Below, piece by piece: positions 23,721-34,547 of a DNA stretch of 64,000 nt. The translations under genes and the position numbers were made by a program. Every line of letters starts with the position of its first letter. The stretch's first letter is position 1. Source of the DNA: Geobacter sp. UBA2189 (GTDB lineage: Bacteria > Desulfobacterota > Desulfuromonadia > Geobacterales > Pseudopelobacteraceae); the NCBI GenBank assembly GCA_002328035.1, contig DCVL01000001.1:162-64161 (forward strand). Reading direction: 5' to 3'. The notes beneath the pieces are model-generated. The model saw only the letters and a list, made by a program, of their open reading frames with translations, did no database searches and was not told the DNA's origin.

Positions 23721-24260
23721 ATGTCACGAATCGGGAAATTACCGATTGAACTACCTACAGGGGTCTCAGTGACTCTGACAGATTCAATCCTGACTGTTAA
23801 AGGCCCAAAGGGTGAACTGACTCGCACGATCATGCCTGAAGTCGAGCTTAGTATAGCAGAAGGCAAGATAAGTGTTGTTCGGCCCGATGATTCAATTAAA
23901 GCCCGCTCGGCTCATGGTCTGACTAGAACTCTTGTTAATAATATGGTTCTCGGGGTTACAGCAGGTTATCAGACTGACCTTGAAATTAACGGTGTAGGAT
24001 ACAGAGCTGAGGTGAAGGGCAGTGACCTTGTATTAAGCCTCGGTTATTCGCATCCTGTTGTTTTCCCGCTCCCGAGTGGAATTGCTGTGGATGTTGAGAA
24101 AATGACCAAGCTTTCGGTTAAAGGTATTGATAAGGAACTGGTTGGACAGACTGCTGCCAAGATTCGTTCCTTCCGTGGACCTGAACCATACAAAGGTAAG
24201 GGTATTAAATATGCCACCGAAACCATTTTACGCAAGGCCGGTAAAACTGGTAAAAAATAG
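23721..24260 (+). CDS. rplF: 50S ribosomal protein L6
   Basis: Begins [12 protein letters not shown]; 179 aa. Confidence 0.97.
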   Translation: MSRIGKLPIELPTGVSVTLTDSILTVKGPKGELTRTIMPEVELSIAEGKISVVRPDDSIKARSAHGLTRTLVNNMVLGVTAGYQTDLEINGVGYRAEVKGSDLVLSLGYSHPVVFPLPSGIAVDVEKMTKLSVKGIDKELVGQTAAKIRSFRGPEPYKGKGIKYATETILRKAGKTGKK

Positions 24261-24289
24261 GAACCTGTAACAAGGTAAGGAGCAATTCC

Positions 24290-24658
24290 GTGGGAAAGAC
24301 ATCACAAAAAACAATTACGCGTCTTAAGCGTCAGGTAAGAGTTCGTAAGAAGGTTAAAGGTACTTCTGCCAGACCTAGATTGAATGTCTTTAAAAGCGCA
24401 AATCATATTTATGCACAATTGATTGATGACGTTGAAGGTGTGACCCTTTTGGCTACCTCAACCTGTACTGAAGGAATCTGTCCTGCGGGTTCTCATACAG
24501 GCAACAAGATTGCAGCCGCTGCAGTGGGGGCAGCCATAGCAAAGATAGCGTTGCAGAAAGATATACGCTCAGTTGTGTTTGATCGTAACGGCTTTCTTTA
24601 TCATGGCCGTATTCAAGCACTTGCAGACGCGGCTAGAGAAGCCGGTCTTGAATTTTAA
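24290..24658 (+). CDS. rplR: 50S ribosomal protein L18
   Basis: GTG start 7 nt after AAGGAG; contains [26 protein letters not shown]. Confidence 0.96.
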   Translation: MGKTSQKTITRLKRQVRVRKKVKGTSARPRLNVFKSANHIYAQLIDDVEGVTLLATSTCTEGICPAGSHTGNKIAAAAVGAAIAKIALQKDIRSVVFDRNGFLYHGRIQALADAAREAGLEF

Positions 24659-24685
24659 GTTTTCACTCTCCCGGGGAGGTTGGTA

Positions 24686-25174
24686 GTGAGCAGAATTATT
24701 GCGAACGATTTGAACCTTATTGACAGGGTTGTCCACATTAGCCGTGTTGCAAAGGTTGTTAAAGGTGGCCGTCGCTTCAGTTTTTCAGCCTTAGTTGTTG
24801 TTGGTGATTCCAGTGGTCATGTGGGTTATGGCCTCGGTAAAGCTAATGAAGTCCCAGAGGCTATTCGCAAAGGTGTTGAACAGGCAAAAAAGAATCTGAT
24901 TAAAGTACCTGTGACCCTTAATCAGTCTATTCCATATGAAATTATCGGTCGCTTTGGAGCTGGCAAGATATTAATGAAGCCAGCTTCTCCTGGTACAGGT
25001 GTTATTGCCGGAGGCGCAGCAAGAGCTATTTTTGAAGCTGCCGGAATTAGTAATATTCTTTCCAAGTGTCTTGGCACAAACAATCCTCATAACGTTGTTA
25101 AGGCTGCTTTTGAAGGTCTTCGCCTATTAAAAACACCAGAAGATTTAATTGCGCGTCGTGGTCTGACTGATTAA
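24686..25174 (+). CDS. rpsE: 30S ribosomal protein S5
   Basis: S5 motif [16 protein letters not shown] 24686, 6 nt after GGAGG, is preferred; the ORF-track TTG at 24680 abuts the RBS. Confidence 0.9.
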   Translation: MSRIIANDLNLIDRVVHISRVAKVVKGGRRFSFSALVVVGDSSGHVGYGLGKANEVPEAIRKGVEQAKKNLIKVPVTLNQSIPYEIIGRFGAGKILMKPASPGTGVIAGGAARAIFEAAGISNILSKCLGTNNPHNVVKAAFEGLRLLKTPEDLIARRGLTD

Positions 25175-25212
25175 AACCTGATATAAGCTATCTCGAAGAA
25201 GGAACTGATACC

Positions 25213-25380
25213 ATGTTGGAAATTACGCTAATAAAAAGCATTATTGGTACGACCCAAAAACAACGTGCTGTTGTTCGTGGACTAGGTCTTCGTCATTTAA
25301 ATCATACGGTTGTTTTACAGGACAATCCTGTAACCCACGGGATGATTAAAAAGATAAGTCATATGCTGAAGGTTAAGTAG
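25213..25380 (+). CDS. rpmD: 50S ribosomal protein L30
   Basis: 55 aa, below the ORF-track cutoff. Hand translation: MLEITLIKSIIGTTQKQRAVVRGLGLRHLNHTVVLQDNPVTHGMIKKISHMLKVK*. It sits in the expected slot between rpsE and rplO. Confidence 0.9.
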   Translation: MLEITLIKSIIGTTQKQRAVVRGLGLRHLNHTVVLQDNPVTHGMIKKISHMLKVK

Positions 25381-25395
25381 AGAATGGAGATTCAG

Positions 25396-25842
25396 ATGCA
25401 ATTAAACACCCTGCGACCTGCATTAGGGTCAACAAAAAATAGAAAGCGAATTGGACGCGGAATTGGCTCTGGGCATGGTAAGACTGCTACGAAAGGCCAC
25501 AAGGGACAAAAAGCCCGTTCAGGAGGCAGCATAAAACCCGGTTTTGAGGGTGGTCAGATGCCTTTGCAGCGTCGCCTTCCAAAGCGTGGTTTTCGTCCTC
25601 TGGATCGTAACGAATATGTTGTTATAAATCTTCAACAACTTGAAATATTTGAACCCGGTTCATTGGTTGATCGGGAGCTCATGGATTCACGTGGTATATT
25701 GAAGAAATCAGCACTACCTGTTAAGGTTCTTGGTAATGGTGATATTACTAAGTCACTTGTCATAAAAGCTGATAAATTCAGTAAAGCTGCAGTATTAAAG
25801 ATTCAGGCTGCTGGTGGAACAGTAGAGGTTATAGGAGAGTGA
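25396..25842 (+). CDS. rplO: 50S ribosomal protein L15
   Basis: ATG 25396 (MQLNTLRP), 6 nt after GGAG. L15 Gly/Lys-rich N-terminus [20 protein letters not shown]. Confidence 0.93.
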   Translation: MQLNTLRPALGSTKNRKRIGRGIGSGHGKTATKGHKGQKARSGGSIKPGFEGGQMPLQRRLPKRGFRPLDRNEYVVINLQQLEIFEPGSLVDRELMDSRGILKKSALPVKVLGNGDITKSLVIKADKFSKAAVLKIQAAGGTVEVIGE

Positions 25843-27152
25843 TAGAGGCGTTTAAGAACATCTTCCGTATTCCAGAGCTGAAGAATCGGGTCTTGTTCAC
25901 ACTGGCAATGCTGGCTGTTTATAGAGTTGGTTGTCATATCCCAACGCCAGGAATAGATTCTGTAGCACTGTCTCATTTTTTTAAGCAGGCACAAGGCACT
26001 CTGTTAGGTCTTTTTGACATGTTTTCTGGTGGAGCTTTAGAGAGAATGTCAGTCTTTGCTCTTGGAATCATGCCATACATTTCATCTTCGATTATATTTC
26101 AGTTGTTAACGGTGGTTGTGCCAGCTATTGAGAAGCTATCCAAAGAGGGAGAGGCTGGTCGTAAGAAGATTACACAATACACTAGGTATGGAACCATACT
26201 TTTAAGCTTTGTTCAGGGGGCAGGTATTGCAATTGGTCTTGAAAGTATGCGTGGCCCAGCAGGTGAACTTGTTGTACCGACTCCTGGATGGTCATTTAGG
26301 CTGCTTACAATTATAACTCTGACTGCTGGTACCGCTTTTATTATGTGGCTTGGTGAGCAGATGACAGAGCGAGGTATAGGTAATGGTATATCATTAATAA
26401 TATTTGCAGGCATTGTCGTTGGTATTCCTTCTGCTATAGGCAACACATTCAAGTTGCTTAATAGTGGAAACCTTTCGCTTTTTTCTCTCATTTTTGTCTT
26501 GGCACTTATGGCTTCTGTCGTAGCAGCCATCGTTTTTGTTGAGAGAGGCCAAAGAAGATTGCCTATACACTATGCTAAAAGAGTAACGGGATTAAAAACA
26601 TTAAGTCCTCAGACATCTCATCTGCCTTTAAAGGTGAATATGGCTGGAGTTATCCCGCCAATATTTGCTTCATCTATAATTATGTTTCCTGCAACTATAG
26701 CCAATTTTATTAATGTCCCTGTAATCCAGACATTTGCAAAGATGCTTTCACCAGGAAACTGGCTTTATAATCTGTTTTATGTTGCCTTTATTGTTTTCTT
26801 TTGCTACTTCTACACGGCTGTGACCTTTAACCCATCTGATGTTGCTGAGAATATCAAAAAACATGGTGGGTATATACCTGGTATTCGTCCGGGAAAAGAA
26901 ACATCAGAGTATATGGATAGCATTCTTACCAGGTTGACTTTTGCTGGTGCTATTTATATTTCAATTGTTTGCGTGTTGCCTTCAATACTTGTTGATGGCT
27001 TTAGGTTGAATTTGCCTTTTTATTTTGGTGGTACATCCCTGCTTATTGTTGTTGGTGTTGGTATGGATACCGTAGCTCAGATTGAGTCACACTTGATAAC
27101 TCGTAATTATGAAGGTTTCTTAAAAGGTGTAAGGATAAGGGGGCGTAGATAG
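25839..27152 (+). CDS. secY: Preprotein translocase subunit SecY
   Basis: 437 aa with 10 TM segments. GTG start overlaps the rplO stop. Contains [20 protein letters not shown]. Confidence 0.96.
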   Translation: MIEAFKNIFRIPELKNRVLFTLAMLAVYRVGCHIPTPGIDSVALSHFFKQAQGTLLGLFDMFSGGALERMSVFALGIMPYISSSIIFQLLTVVVPAIEKLSKEGEAGRKKITQYTRYGTILLSFVQGAGIAIGLESMRGPAGELVVPTPGWSFRLLTIITLTAGTAFIMWLGEQMTERGIGNGISLIIFAGIVVGIPSAIGNTFKLLNSGNLSLFSLIFVLALMASVVAAIVFVERGQRRLPIHYAKRVTGLKTLSPQTSHLPLKVNMAGVIPPIFASSIIMFPATIANFINVPVIQTFAKMLSPGNWLYNLFYVAFIVFFCYFYTAVTFNPSDVAENIKKHGGYIPGIRPGKETSEYMDSILTRLTFAGAIYISIVCVLPSILVDGFRLNLPFYFGGTSLLIVVGVGMDTVAQIESHLITRNYEGFLKGVRIRGRR

Positions 27153-27155
27153 GGT

Positions 27156-27800
27156 ATGAATATTATCCTTTTTGGTCCTCCAGGAGCAGGTAAAGGTACA
27201 CAAGCTGAATTTCTTGTGCAGAAGTTCAGAATACCGCAGATTTCAACCGGTGATATGCTGCGTGCAGCTGTAAAGGCTGAAACCCCTTTAGGTCTTAAGG
27301 CTAAGGAAATAATGATTAAAGGAGGCCTTGTCTCTGATGATATTGTTCTTGGGCTTGTAGCTGAACGGATAAAACAAGATGATTGTAAAACCGGTTTTGT
27401 ATTGGATGGCTTCCCACGTACAATACCTCAAGCTGAGGCACTTGATAAAATATTAAAAGAAACTGGTCGTTCCATAGAGCATGTTGTTTCTCTTGAAGTA
27501 GAAAAAGAAGAGATTGTTAAGCGCTTGTCAGGTCGTCGTTCTTGTAGTTCTTGTGGTAAGGGATACCATGTATTATATTCGCCCGCTGCTAAAGATGGGA
27601 TCTGTGACATTTGTGGAGCTCTTTTGGTTCAACGGGATGATGATAGAGAAGAAACTGTAAGAAATAGGCTTGAAGTATACGAGAATCAAACTTCTCCTTT
27701 AAAGTCTTATTATGAATCCAAGCAGCTTTTGCGTCCAGTTTTAGGGATGGGTACAATAGCAGAGATTCAGTTTCGGATTTCTTCGGTTCTGGTAAGATAG
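27156..27800 (+). CDS. adk: Adenylate kinase (Zn-lid type)
   Basis: P-loop GPPGAGKGTQ; lid cysteines CSSCGK...CDICG. Confidence 0.96.
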   Translation: MNIILFGPPGAGKGTQAEFLVQKFRIPQISTGDMLRAAVKAETPLGLKAKEIMIKGGLVSDDIVLGLVAERIKQDDCKTGFVLDGFPRTIPQAEALDKILKETGRSIEHVVSLEVEKEEIVKRLSGRRSCSSCGKGYHVLYSPAAKDGICDICGALLVQRDDDREETVRNRLEVYENQTSPLKSYYESKQLLRPVLGMGTIAEIQFRISSVLVR

Positions 27801-27801
27801 A

Positions 27802-28548
27802 ATGATTGTTCTAAAATCTCCTCGCGAGATTGAAAGAATGAAAGTGCCTAACAGGATAGTAGCTGAAATCCTTGTTCTTTTGAGGGAAAAAATCAAGCCA
27901 GGCATTACTACGCTCGAATTAGAGGAACTGGCTCTTAAGGAAACTAAAAAGAACAAGGCAATTCCAGCTTTTAAAGGATACGCAGGTTTTCCGTTTGCAC
28001 TTTGTTGCTCACCCAATGATGTTGTTGTACACGGAATGCCTAATAACAACCCACTAAATGAAGGAGATATTCTAAGCCTTGATTTTGGTGTTCTTTATGA
28101 TGATTTCTATGGTGATGCTGCTATAACAGTTCCTGTTGGAAACATCAGTCCTGAAGCAGCTCACCTTATAAAAATCACAGAAGAGTCTTTATATAAGGGT
28201 ATCGAGCATGCAGTTGCAGGTGGCAGACTTTTCGATATTTCATATGCCGTGCAATCTCATGTTGAACGTTCAGGTTATTCAGTTGTTCGTGATTTTGTTG
28301 GGCACGGAATTGGTAAGAAACTTCACGAAGAACCACAAGTACCAAATTATGGAAAACCAGGGCGTGGTGTTCAGCTGAAATCCGGAATGTTGCTTGCGAT
28401 TGAACCAATGGTGAACAAAGGTAGCTTTGCTGTAAAAGTACTAGATGATTCCTGGACTGCCGTTACGGCTGATGGTGCTCTTTCAGCCCATTTTGAGCAT
28501 ACAATTGCAATTACAGATCACGGTACAGAAATACTTACACGCCTATGA
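27802..28548 (+). CDS. map: Methionine aminopeptidase type I
   Basis: 248 aa with the M24A metal-ligand context (DFGVLYDDFYGDAA, HGIG, EPM, FEHT). Confidence 0.95.
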   Translation: MIVLKSPREIERMKVPNRIVAEILVLLREKIKPGITTLELEELALKETKKNKAIPAFKGYAGFPFALCCSPNDVVVHGMPNNNPLNEGDILSLDFGVLYDDFYGDAAITVPVGNISPEAAHLIKITEESLYKGIEHAVAGGRLFDISYAVQSHVERSGYSVVRDFVGHGIGKKLHEEPQVPNYGKPGRGVQLKSGMLLAIEPMVNKGSFAVKVLDDSWTAVTADGALSAHFEHTIAITDHGTEILTRL

Positions 28549-28575
28549 TTGGCGCAGGCTGAAAGGTGAACAAAT

Positions 28576-28689
28576 ATGAAAGTTAGGGCATCCGTCAAGA
28601 AAATCTGCGATAAGTGCAAGATAATTAAACGTAAAGGTGTAGTCAGGGTTATCTGTGAAACACCTAAACATTCTCAACGTCAAGGTTAA
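28576..28689 (+). CDS. rpmJ: 50S ribosomal protein L36
   Basis: 37 aa, not in the ORF track: [48 protein letters not shown] lies upstream. Confidence 0.92.
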   Translation: MKVRASVKKICDKCKIIKRKGVVRVICETPKHSQRQG

Positions 28690-28710
28690 TAAACCAAGGG
28701 GGGACTAGAA

Positions 28711-29079
28711 GTGGCACGTATTGCGGGTATAGATTTACCAAAAAACAAGCGAATTGAAATCGCCTTGACATACATTTATGGCGTCGGACGTACAACAGCT
28801 AAGAACATTCTGATTGCTACGAACATTGATGCTAATACTCGTACCGACAAGCTTACTGAATCAGAGGTTGGTAAACTTCGTGAAGAGATTGATAAGAATG
28901 TAAAGGTTGAAGGTGACTTGCGCCGAGAAATTTCAATGAATATCAAGAGATTGATGGATTTGGGATGTTATCGCGGCTTACGCCATCGTAAGGGGTTGCC
29001 TTGTCGTGGTCAGCGTACCAAGACCAATTCACGTACACGCAAAGGTCCTGCAAGGACTGTTGCCGGTAAGAAAAAATAG
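28711..29079 (+). CDS. rpsM: 30S ribosomal protein S13
   Basis: GTG start; begins [14 protein letters not shown]. Confidence 0.96.
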   Translation: MARIAGIDLPKNKRIEIALTYIYGVGRTTAKNILIATNIDANTRTDKLTESEVGKLREEIDKNVKVEGDLRREISMNIKRLMDLGCYRGLRHRKGLPCRGQRTKTNSRTRKGPARTVAGKKK

Positions 29080-29110
29080 GTTTTAATTATAGAATCTGTC
29101 TGGAGGAAGT

Positions 29111-29503
29111 ATGGCTGCTCCGAAAAAAGTTGTAAGAAAGAAAAAAGAAAAAAAGAATATTACAAATGGCGTTGCTCATATACAGGCGACGTTTAACAAT
29201 ACCATAATTACCATTACGGATCCTGTGGGAAATGTGGTTGCATGGTCAACAGCTGGGGCAAAAGGTTTTAAAGGGTCACGTAAAAGCACTCCTTTTGCGG
29301 CTCAGGTAGCTGCAGAAGATTGTGCTCGTAAGGCTCAGGAACATGGTCTCCGTAATATAGAAGTACTTGTTAAGGGGCCAGGTTCAGGCAGAGAGTCCGC
29401 TTTGCGTGCACTCCAGGCGACTGGTCTTAATGTCAGCTTTATTCGTGACGTAACTCCTATTCCACATAACGGATGTCGTCCACCGAAGCGTAGAAGAGTA
29501 TAA
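29111..29503 (+). CDS. rpsK: 30S ribosomal protein S11
   Basis: Contains [18 protein letters not shown] and [18 protein letters not shown]. Confidence 0.97.
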   Translation: MAAPKKVVRKKKEKKNITNGVAHIQATFNNTIITITDPVGNVVAWSTAGAKGFKGSRKSTPFAAQVAAEDCARKAQEHGLRNIEVLVKGPGSGRESALRALQATGLNVSFIRDVTPIPHNGCRPPKRRRV

Positions 29504-29550
29504 ATTAAATAACTAAATTTTCGCACCTGATACAGTTAGAGGAGGTTGTC

Positions 29551-30177
29551 TTGGCTAGGTATACTGGACCGTCCTGTCGTTTATGCAGAAGAGAAAATAT
29601 GGAACTTTTCCTCAAAGGGGATCGTTGTTACACTGATAAATGTGCCCTTAAGCGTCGTAATTATCCCCCGGGACAACATGGCCAGGGTCGCATCAAAACG
29701 TCTGATTATGGTGTTCAGTTGCGTGAAAAGCAGAAGGTGAAGCGACTTTATGGTTTGCTCGAAAAACAGTTCAGGTGCTACTTTGACCGAGCAGATCGTA
29801 TGAAGGGTGTAACTGGCGAGAATCTTCTCTCTATTTTAGAGCGTCGGCTGGACAATGTTGTATACAGGCTTGGGTTTGCTTCGTCACGTGCTGAAGCTCG
29901 TCAATTAGTGCGTCACGGCCACTTTGTACTTAATGGCCGAAAGGCGACTATTCCATCAATGCAGGTTAAGTCTGGTGATCAGATCGTGCTGCGTGATAAA
30001 AGTCGTTCAGTCGTTTCCATCAATGACGCACTGGATGCCGTGGTCCGTAGAGGCGTTCCTCAATGGTTGGAGCTTGATCGCGAAGCTTTTAAAGGTACAG
30101 CTAAGACAGTCCCTGTGCGTGAGGATATAACTACACCAATACAGGAACAGTTGATAGTCGAACTGTATTCCAAGTAA
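29551..30177 (+). CDS. rpsD: 30S ribosomal protein S4
   Basis: TTG start after AGGAGG. Begins [15 protein letters not shown] and carries an S4 RNA-binding domain. Confidence 0.96.
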   Translation: MARYTGPSCRLCRRENMELFLKGDRCYTDKCALKRRNYPPGQHGQGRIKTSDYGVQLREKQKVKRLYGLLEKQFRCYFDRADRMKGVTGENLLSILERRLDNVVYRLGFASSRAEARQLVRHGHFVLNGRKATIPSMQVKSGDQIVLRDKSRSVVSINDALDAVVRRGVPQWLELDREAFKGTAKTVPVREDITTPIQEQLIVELYSK

Positions 30178-30229
30178 TATTTTTCTTTTCTTTTTAATTT
30201 ATTGCTTACCCCTTGAGGGGAGGAATTGA

Positions 30230-31252
30230 ATGTATAAAAACTGGCGTGATCTGATAAAGCCTAAACAGCTTCAGGTTGAAAAAGAAACGCTTTCTGCGGT
30301 ATATGGCAAATTTGTCGCTGAACCATTTGAGCGTGGTTTTGGTACTACACTGGGAAATTCACTCCGTAGAGTTCTTCTTTCATCATTGCAGGGTGCAGCA
30401 GTTACATCCGTAAGGATAAAGGGTGTACAACACGAATTTTCTTCTATACCGGGTGTGACCGAAGATGTTACCGATATCATTCTTAATCTAAAGAGTGTTA
30501 GGCTTCGTTTGCATGGCAGCGATCAAGCGGTTATAAGGATTATTCATAAGGGTGAAGGTGTTTTAAAGGCAGGAGACATTATAGTTCCTCATAATGTAGA
30601 GGTAATGAATCCTGAAATGCATATAGCTACTTGTGGCAAGGATGCTGTTCTTGAAATGGAAATGTTGGTTCGAATCGGTAAAGGTTATGTCTCTGCCGAA
30701 CGTAATCGTGATGAAAAGGCACCGATTGGAACCGTTCCTATTGATGCAATCTTTTCTCCGATAATCAAGGTTAATTTTGTTGTTTCTAATGCTCGAGTTG
30801 GCCAGATGACAGATTATGACAAATTGACACTTGAAGTCTGGACAGATGGCAGTATAGGGCCAGATGATGCTATAGCATATGCCGCTAAAATTGTTAAAGA
30901 ACAGATGACTATATTCATAAACTTTGATGAAGAATCCGAGCCACAGCTTAGCGATGAGGTGGTAGATGATGAATCAAAGATCAATGAGAATCTTTACCGT
31001 ACAGTTGAGGAATTGGAGCTTTCAGTACGTTCTGCAAATTGCCTCAAAAATGCCGGTATTAAGCTTATTGGTGAGTTGGTTTCGAAGTCTGAATCAGAAA
31101 TGTTAAAAACTCAGAATTTTGGTCGAAAATCCCTTAATGAGATTAAAGATATCTTGAATGAGATGGGCTTAACATTCGGTATGAAACTTGATTCTTTTCC
31201 TGACCCTGACGTGGTTAAGCGGCTCAGGGGTGAACAGAAGGATGAAGAATAA
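30230..31252 (+). CDS. rpoA: DNA-directed RNA polymerase alpha subunit
   Basis: 340 aa. N-terminal domain has [15 protein letters not shown]; C-terminal domain has [20 protein letters not shown]. Confidence 0.97.
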   Translation: MYKNWRDLIKPKQLQVEKETLSAVYGKFVAEPFERGFGTTLGNSLRRVLLSSLQGAAVTSVRIKGVQHEFSSIPGVTEDVTDIILNLKSVRLRLHGSDQAVIRIIHKGEGVLKAGDIIVPHNVEVMNPEMHIATCGKDAVLEMEMLVRIGKGYVSAERNRDEKAPIGTVPIDAIFSPIIKVNFVVSNARVGQMTDYDKLTLEVWTDGSIGPDDAIAYAAKIVKEQMTIFINFDEESEPQLSDEVVDDESKINENLYRTVEELELSVRSANCLKNAGIKLIGELVSKSESEMLKTQNFGRKSLNEIKDILNEMGLTFGMKLDSFPDPDVVKRLRGEQKDEE

Positions 31253-31306
31253 CTGAATTTTGTAAAATCGTTGTATATTGTGTTTATAAGCAGAAAGGAA
31301 TAACAG

Positions 31307-31666
31307 ATGCGTCACAATAAATCAGGCAGAAGACTTGGACGTACCACCAGTCATCGTATAGCCATGTTCAGGAATATGGTTACCTCTTTATTAAATCATG
31401 AGCGTATTATAACAACGGATTCCAAAGCCAAAGAGATTCGTTCAGTAGCAGAAAAAATGATAACTCTTGGCAAACGTGGTGATCTTCATGCCCATCGTCA
31501 GGCTGCTGCTTATATTCGTGAAAAGTCTGTAGTTACAAAACTTTTTACCACGATCGCTCCACGCTATAAGGAACGTTCAGGTGGATATACCAGAATAATC
31601 AAGATTAGCCAACGACTGGGAGATTCTGCTCAAATGTCCGTAATTGAGCTTGTGGAAGAATCTTAA
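31307..31666 (+). CDS. rplQ: 50S ribosomal protein L17
   Basis: Begins [17 protein letters not shown]; 119 aa. Confidence 0.97.
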   Translation: MRHNKSGRRLGRTTSHRIAMFRNMVTSLLNHERIITTDSKAKEIRSVAEKMITLGKRGDLHAHRQAAAYIREKSVVTKLFTTIAPRYKERSGGYTRIIKISQRLGDSAQMSVIELVEES

Positions 31667-31692
31667 TTCTACTATTTCAGTTGAAGATTTTT

Positions 31693-31726
31693 TAAAGACG
31701 ACCCAATTCATGGGTCGTCTTTTTTA
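31693..31726. terminator. Bidirectional rho-independent terminator (rplQ / DUF327 gene)
   Basis: 11-bp stem AAGACGACCCA (31695-31705) / TGGGTCGTCTT (31711-31721) with a 5-nt loop. It is flanked by an A/T run on each side and lies between convergent genes. Confidence 0.8.
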
Positions 31727-31732
31727 TAAACC

Positions 31733-32185
31733 CTACATTATCAGATCAACTATAAGTCCTTTTATTCCTATAACCGCTTCAGTTATTGCCATTCTGTCTT
31801 TTTGTTCTTTTAGAACGAGTTCGTACAGCTTATCAGCTTCCTTGTCTATAACTGTAATTATTTCGTAATATCTTGGATTCATCGGAGTGCCTCCGACTTT
31901 TTCCAAGCGATATGCTTCATTTGAGACCTGTTTAGCGAGTTTACTTAAAAGTTCTCTGAATTGTCTAAAATTCGGTAATGTAGGTTCATTTTCAAGCAAG
32001 CTTCCGGCAATATCTAAATCAGCGCGAATACGGCTTATATCCTGGTCATAATGTTCAATTTTGATTTGCCTTGATTTCAATTCTGATGAAAATAAGGAAA
32101 ACAGACCATCAGAGGTTTTTTTAGAGGATTCGGGAACAGAACCCTTGCGAAGTCCACCTACAGCAGATTTATCTGATATTTTCAT
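31733..32185 (-). CDS. DUF327 (YaaR-like) family protein
   Basis: 150 aa, helical, with GGAG RBS. The overall pattern (..LENEPTL.NFRQFRELL..L...V..AY.LE......NPRYYEII..ID.E...L) matches my recollection of DUF327. Function unknown. Confidence 0.6.
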   Translation of the reverse strand: MKISDKSAVGGLRKGSVPESSKKTSDGLFSLFSSELKSRQIKIEHYDQDISRIRADLDIAGSLLENEPTLPNFRQFRELLSKLAKQVSNEAYRLEKVGGTPMNPRYYEIITVIDKEADKLYELVLKEQKDRMAITEAVIGIKGLIVDLIM

Positions 32186-32315
32186 TTGGAGCTCCTAAAT
32201 ACTCTGTAAAACGTTGACTTTATAACTTACTATATCAATCTGAATCAGGTTTTCAAGCGGCTTTCCTTATGTTACTCTTTTAATGAGCTAACAGCTGGTA
32301 ATAAGGGGATTAAAA

Positions 32316-34529
32316 ATGCTTTCAGCTGAAGAACGGAAAAAACGATTAAGAGAAACAACAGTTATTGTTCTTGCAGTCTTACTTATTGTGCTTTTGACAG
32401 GTGTTGAAATAAGACTTACCCAGATTAGCTCAATCGCCCCATTATCCAGTAATATTGTTATCTTTGGGATGATTAATGTGATTGTATTACTTGTTGTGTT
32501 GCTCGTATACCTGATTAGTAGAAATGTGCTTAAACTGCTTGTAGAAAATCGTTCCAAGCACCTTGCAACTCGTTTAAGAACCAAGCTTGTCATATCTTTT
32601 GTTGGTCTCTCTCTTGTGCCAACCATGCTGCTTTTTTTTGCTGCTGCCAGCTTTATCACAAATAGTGTTCAGAACTGGTTCAACGTTCAGGTGGAGACGG
32701 CTCTTAACGAATCCCTGGAGGTTGCTCAGACTTATTATAAAAACTCAGCCAGTAACGCTCTTTTTTATGCTCACAGATTAAGTGATACAATCAAAAAAGA
32801 GCGTCTCCTTAACGAAGATAATATTAATCGGATGAAAGAAGTCATCAAGGCCAAACAGAAAGAGTATAACCTCGGAATAGTTGAAGTATTCTCCTCACAA
32901 CGTGAAGAGCTTGTGAGGGCTTCCAACCCAGATGTTCCCCCAGGTGAACTGACCAGCCCAAATTCAGAAGATATAAATAAGGCACTTTCTGGGCATGAAA
33001 TGACTAAAGTTAACTCTGTTGGCAAGGCCGACCTAATTCAAGGTATTGTACCTATTTTTTCAACATACAATAATCGTGATGTTGTTGGTGTGGTGGTTGT
33101 CAACTATTATGTGCCACATTCACTTGTAAGCAAGATGCGTGAGATATCTGCTTCATATCAGGAATTCAGACGCCTGAAGGTGCTTAAAAGCCCGATTACT
33201 ACTGGATATCTTCTGGTTCTGTTTTTGATTGCATCAGTAATAGTATTTCTATCTTTCTGGATAGGGATCTACCTAGCTAACAGTATGACAAGGCCGATTC
33301 AGGAACTGGTTGAGGGCACCCATCTGGTTGCTGAAGGAAATTTGAATGTAAGAATAGATGCTGAGGGGCCTGATGAGATAGGGATGCTTGTCGGCTCATT
33401 TAACACTATGATTCAGGATCTCAGAACCCAGCGGCTTGCATTAAACAGTACAAATGAAGAACTGACGCGTATCAATCAAGAGATAGAATCACGCCGTCGT
33501 TATATGGAAATAGTGCTGCGTAACGTAGCTGCCGGTGTTATTTCTGTAGACAAGAACGGAATTATTACGACAATTAATACCTCTGCTGAACGTCTACTAC
33601 AGATTGATACAGGGAAGGTTCTGGGTAAAAACTTCCGTGATGTTATGCGGGAATCTTATCTTGAAATTGTTCGTGATGCACTTAGGAACATGGCTTTAAC
33701 TAGCAATGACACAGTTAGTCGCCAGATCATTCTGGATATGCGTGGTGAACGCAGGGTATTACAGATGAATCTTACAACAATGATGGATGAACAGGGGGCG
33801 TTTGTTGGCTCAGTCCTTGTCCTTGATGATTTGACCCAATTAGTCAAGGGACAGAGGATGGCTGCATGGCGTGAGGTTGCCCGCAGGATTGCCCATGAGA
33901 TCAAAAACCCGCTTACGCCGATACAATTGTCTGCCCAACGCCTAAGAAAACGCTATCTTAATCACTTTTCCAATCCAGAGGATGTAACGATATTTGACGA
34001 GTGCACTACTATGATAAGCAGATCAGTAGATGAGCTCAAGATACTGGTAAATGAGTTTTCAAACTTTGCAAGGATGCCAGCAGTACACCCTACAGATAAT
34101 GATCTTAACCAACTGGTTAAGGAAACGCTTACACTCTACCAGCAGGCTCATAGCGATGTTATTTGTAATTTTTCATCAGATGAGCAGATGCCGTTAATAA
34201 AGATTGATAGGGATCAGATAAAGCGAGTGCTGATAAATCTTTTAGAAAATGCTGTGGCCGCTATGGAAGGCAAAGGTACTATAACCATATCTACAAGATA
34301 CGATAATGAGTTAAAGATCGTATCTTGCAGTATTGCTGATGATGGGCCTGGAATCTCCATTGAAGTCAAGTCTCGTCTCTTTGAACCGTATTTTTCGACA
34401 AAAAAAGGCGGAACAGGGCTTGGCCTTGCAATCGTTACGAGCATTGTGTCTGATCATAATGGTTTTGTCCGTGTGCGCGATAATCATCCGCATGGAGCCT
34501 GTTTTGTTATTGAATTTCCGGCAAGCTAG
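32316..34529 (+). CDS. Sensor histidine kinase, NtrY-like (TM-HAMP-PAS-HisKA-HATPase)
   Basis: 737 aa with N-terminal TM helices. H-box RRIAHEIKNPLTPI; N/G boxes LINLLENAV, DDGPGI, GGTGLGLAIV. Confidence 0.85.
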   Translation: MLSAEERKKRLRETTVIVLAVLLIVLLTGVEIRLTQISSIAPLSSNIVIFGMINVIVLLVVLLVYLISRNVLKLLVENRSKHLATRLRTKLVISFVGLSLVPTMLLFFAAASFITNSVQNWFNVQVETALNESLEVAQTYYKNSASNALFYAHRLSDTIKKERLLNEDNINRMKEVIKAKQKEYNLGIVEVFSSQREELVRASNPDVPPGELTSPNSEDINKALSGHEMTKVNSVGKADLIQGIVPIFSTYNNRDVVGVVVVNYYVPHSLVSKMREISASYQEFRRLKVLKSPITTGYLLVLFLIASVIVFLSFWIGIYLANSMTRPIQELVEGTHLVAEGNLNVRIDAEGPDEIGMLVGSFNTMIQDLRTQRLALNSTNEELTRINQEIESRRRYMEIVLRNVAAGVISVDKNGIITTINTSAERLLQIDTGKVLGKNFRDVMRESYLEIVRDALRNMALTSNDTVSRQIILDMRGERRVLQMNLTTMMDEQGAFVGSVLVLDDLTQLVKGQRMAAWREVARRIAHEIKNPLTPIQLSAQRLRKRYLNHFSNPEDVTIFDECTTMISRSVDELKILVNEFSNFARMPAVHPTDNDLNQLVKETLTLYQQAHSDVICNFSSDEQMPLIKIDRDQIKRVLINLLENAVAAMEGKGTITISTRYDNELKIVSCSIADDGPGISIEVKSRLFEPYFSTKKGGTGLGLAIVTSIVSDHNGFVRVRDNHPHGACFVIEFPAS

Positions 34530-34547
34530 AATTTAACTGGAGGCTGT

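Noticed and set aside
28549-28710. infA is absent between map and rpmJ.
   Set aside because: infA is located elsewhere in many bacteria, including E. coli. This is normal variation and not a deletion scar, because the gap is fully explained by rpmJ.
31644-31868. 74-aa plus-strand ORF spanning the rplQ end and terminator into the DUF327 gene.
   Set aside because: It crosses a strong bidirectional terminator, overlaps a better-supported minus-strand gene, and has a low-complexity translation.
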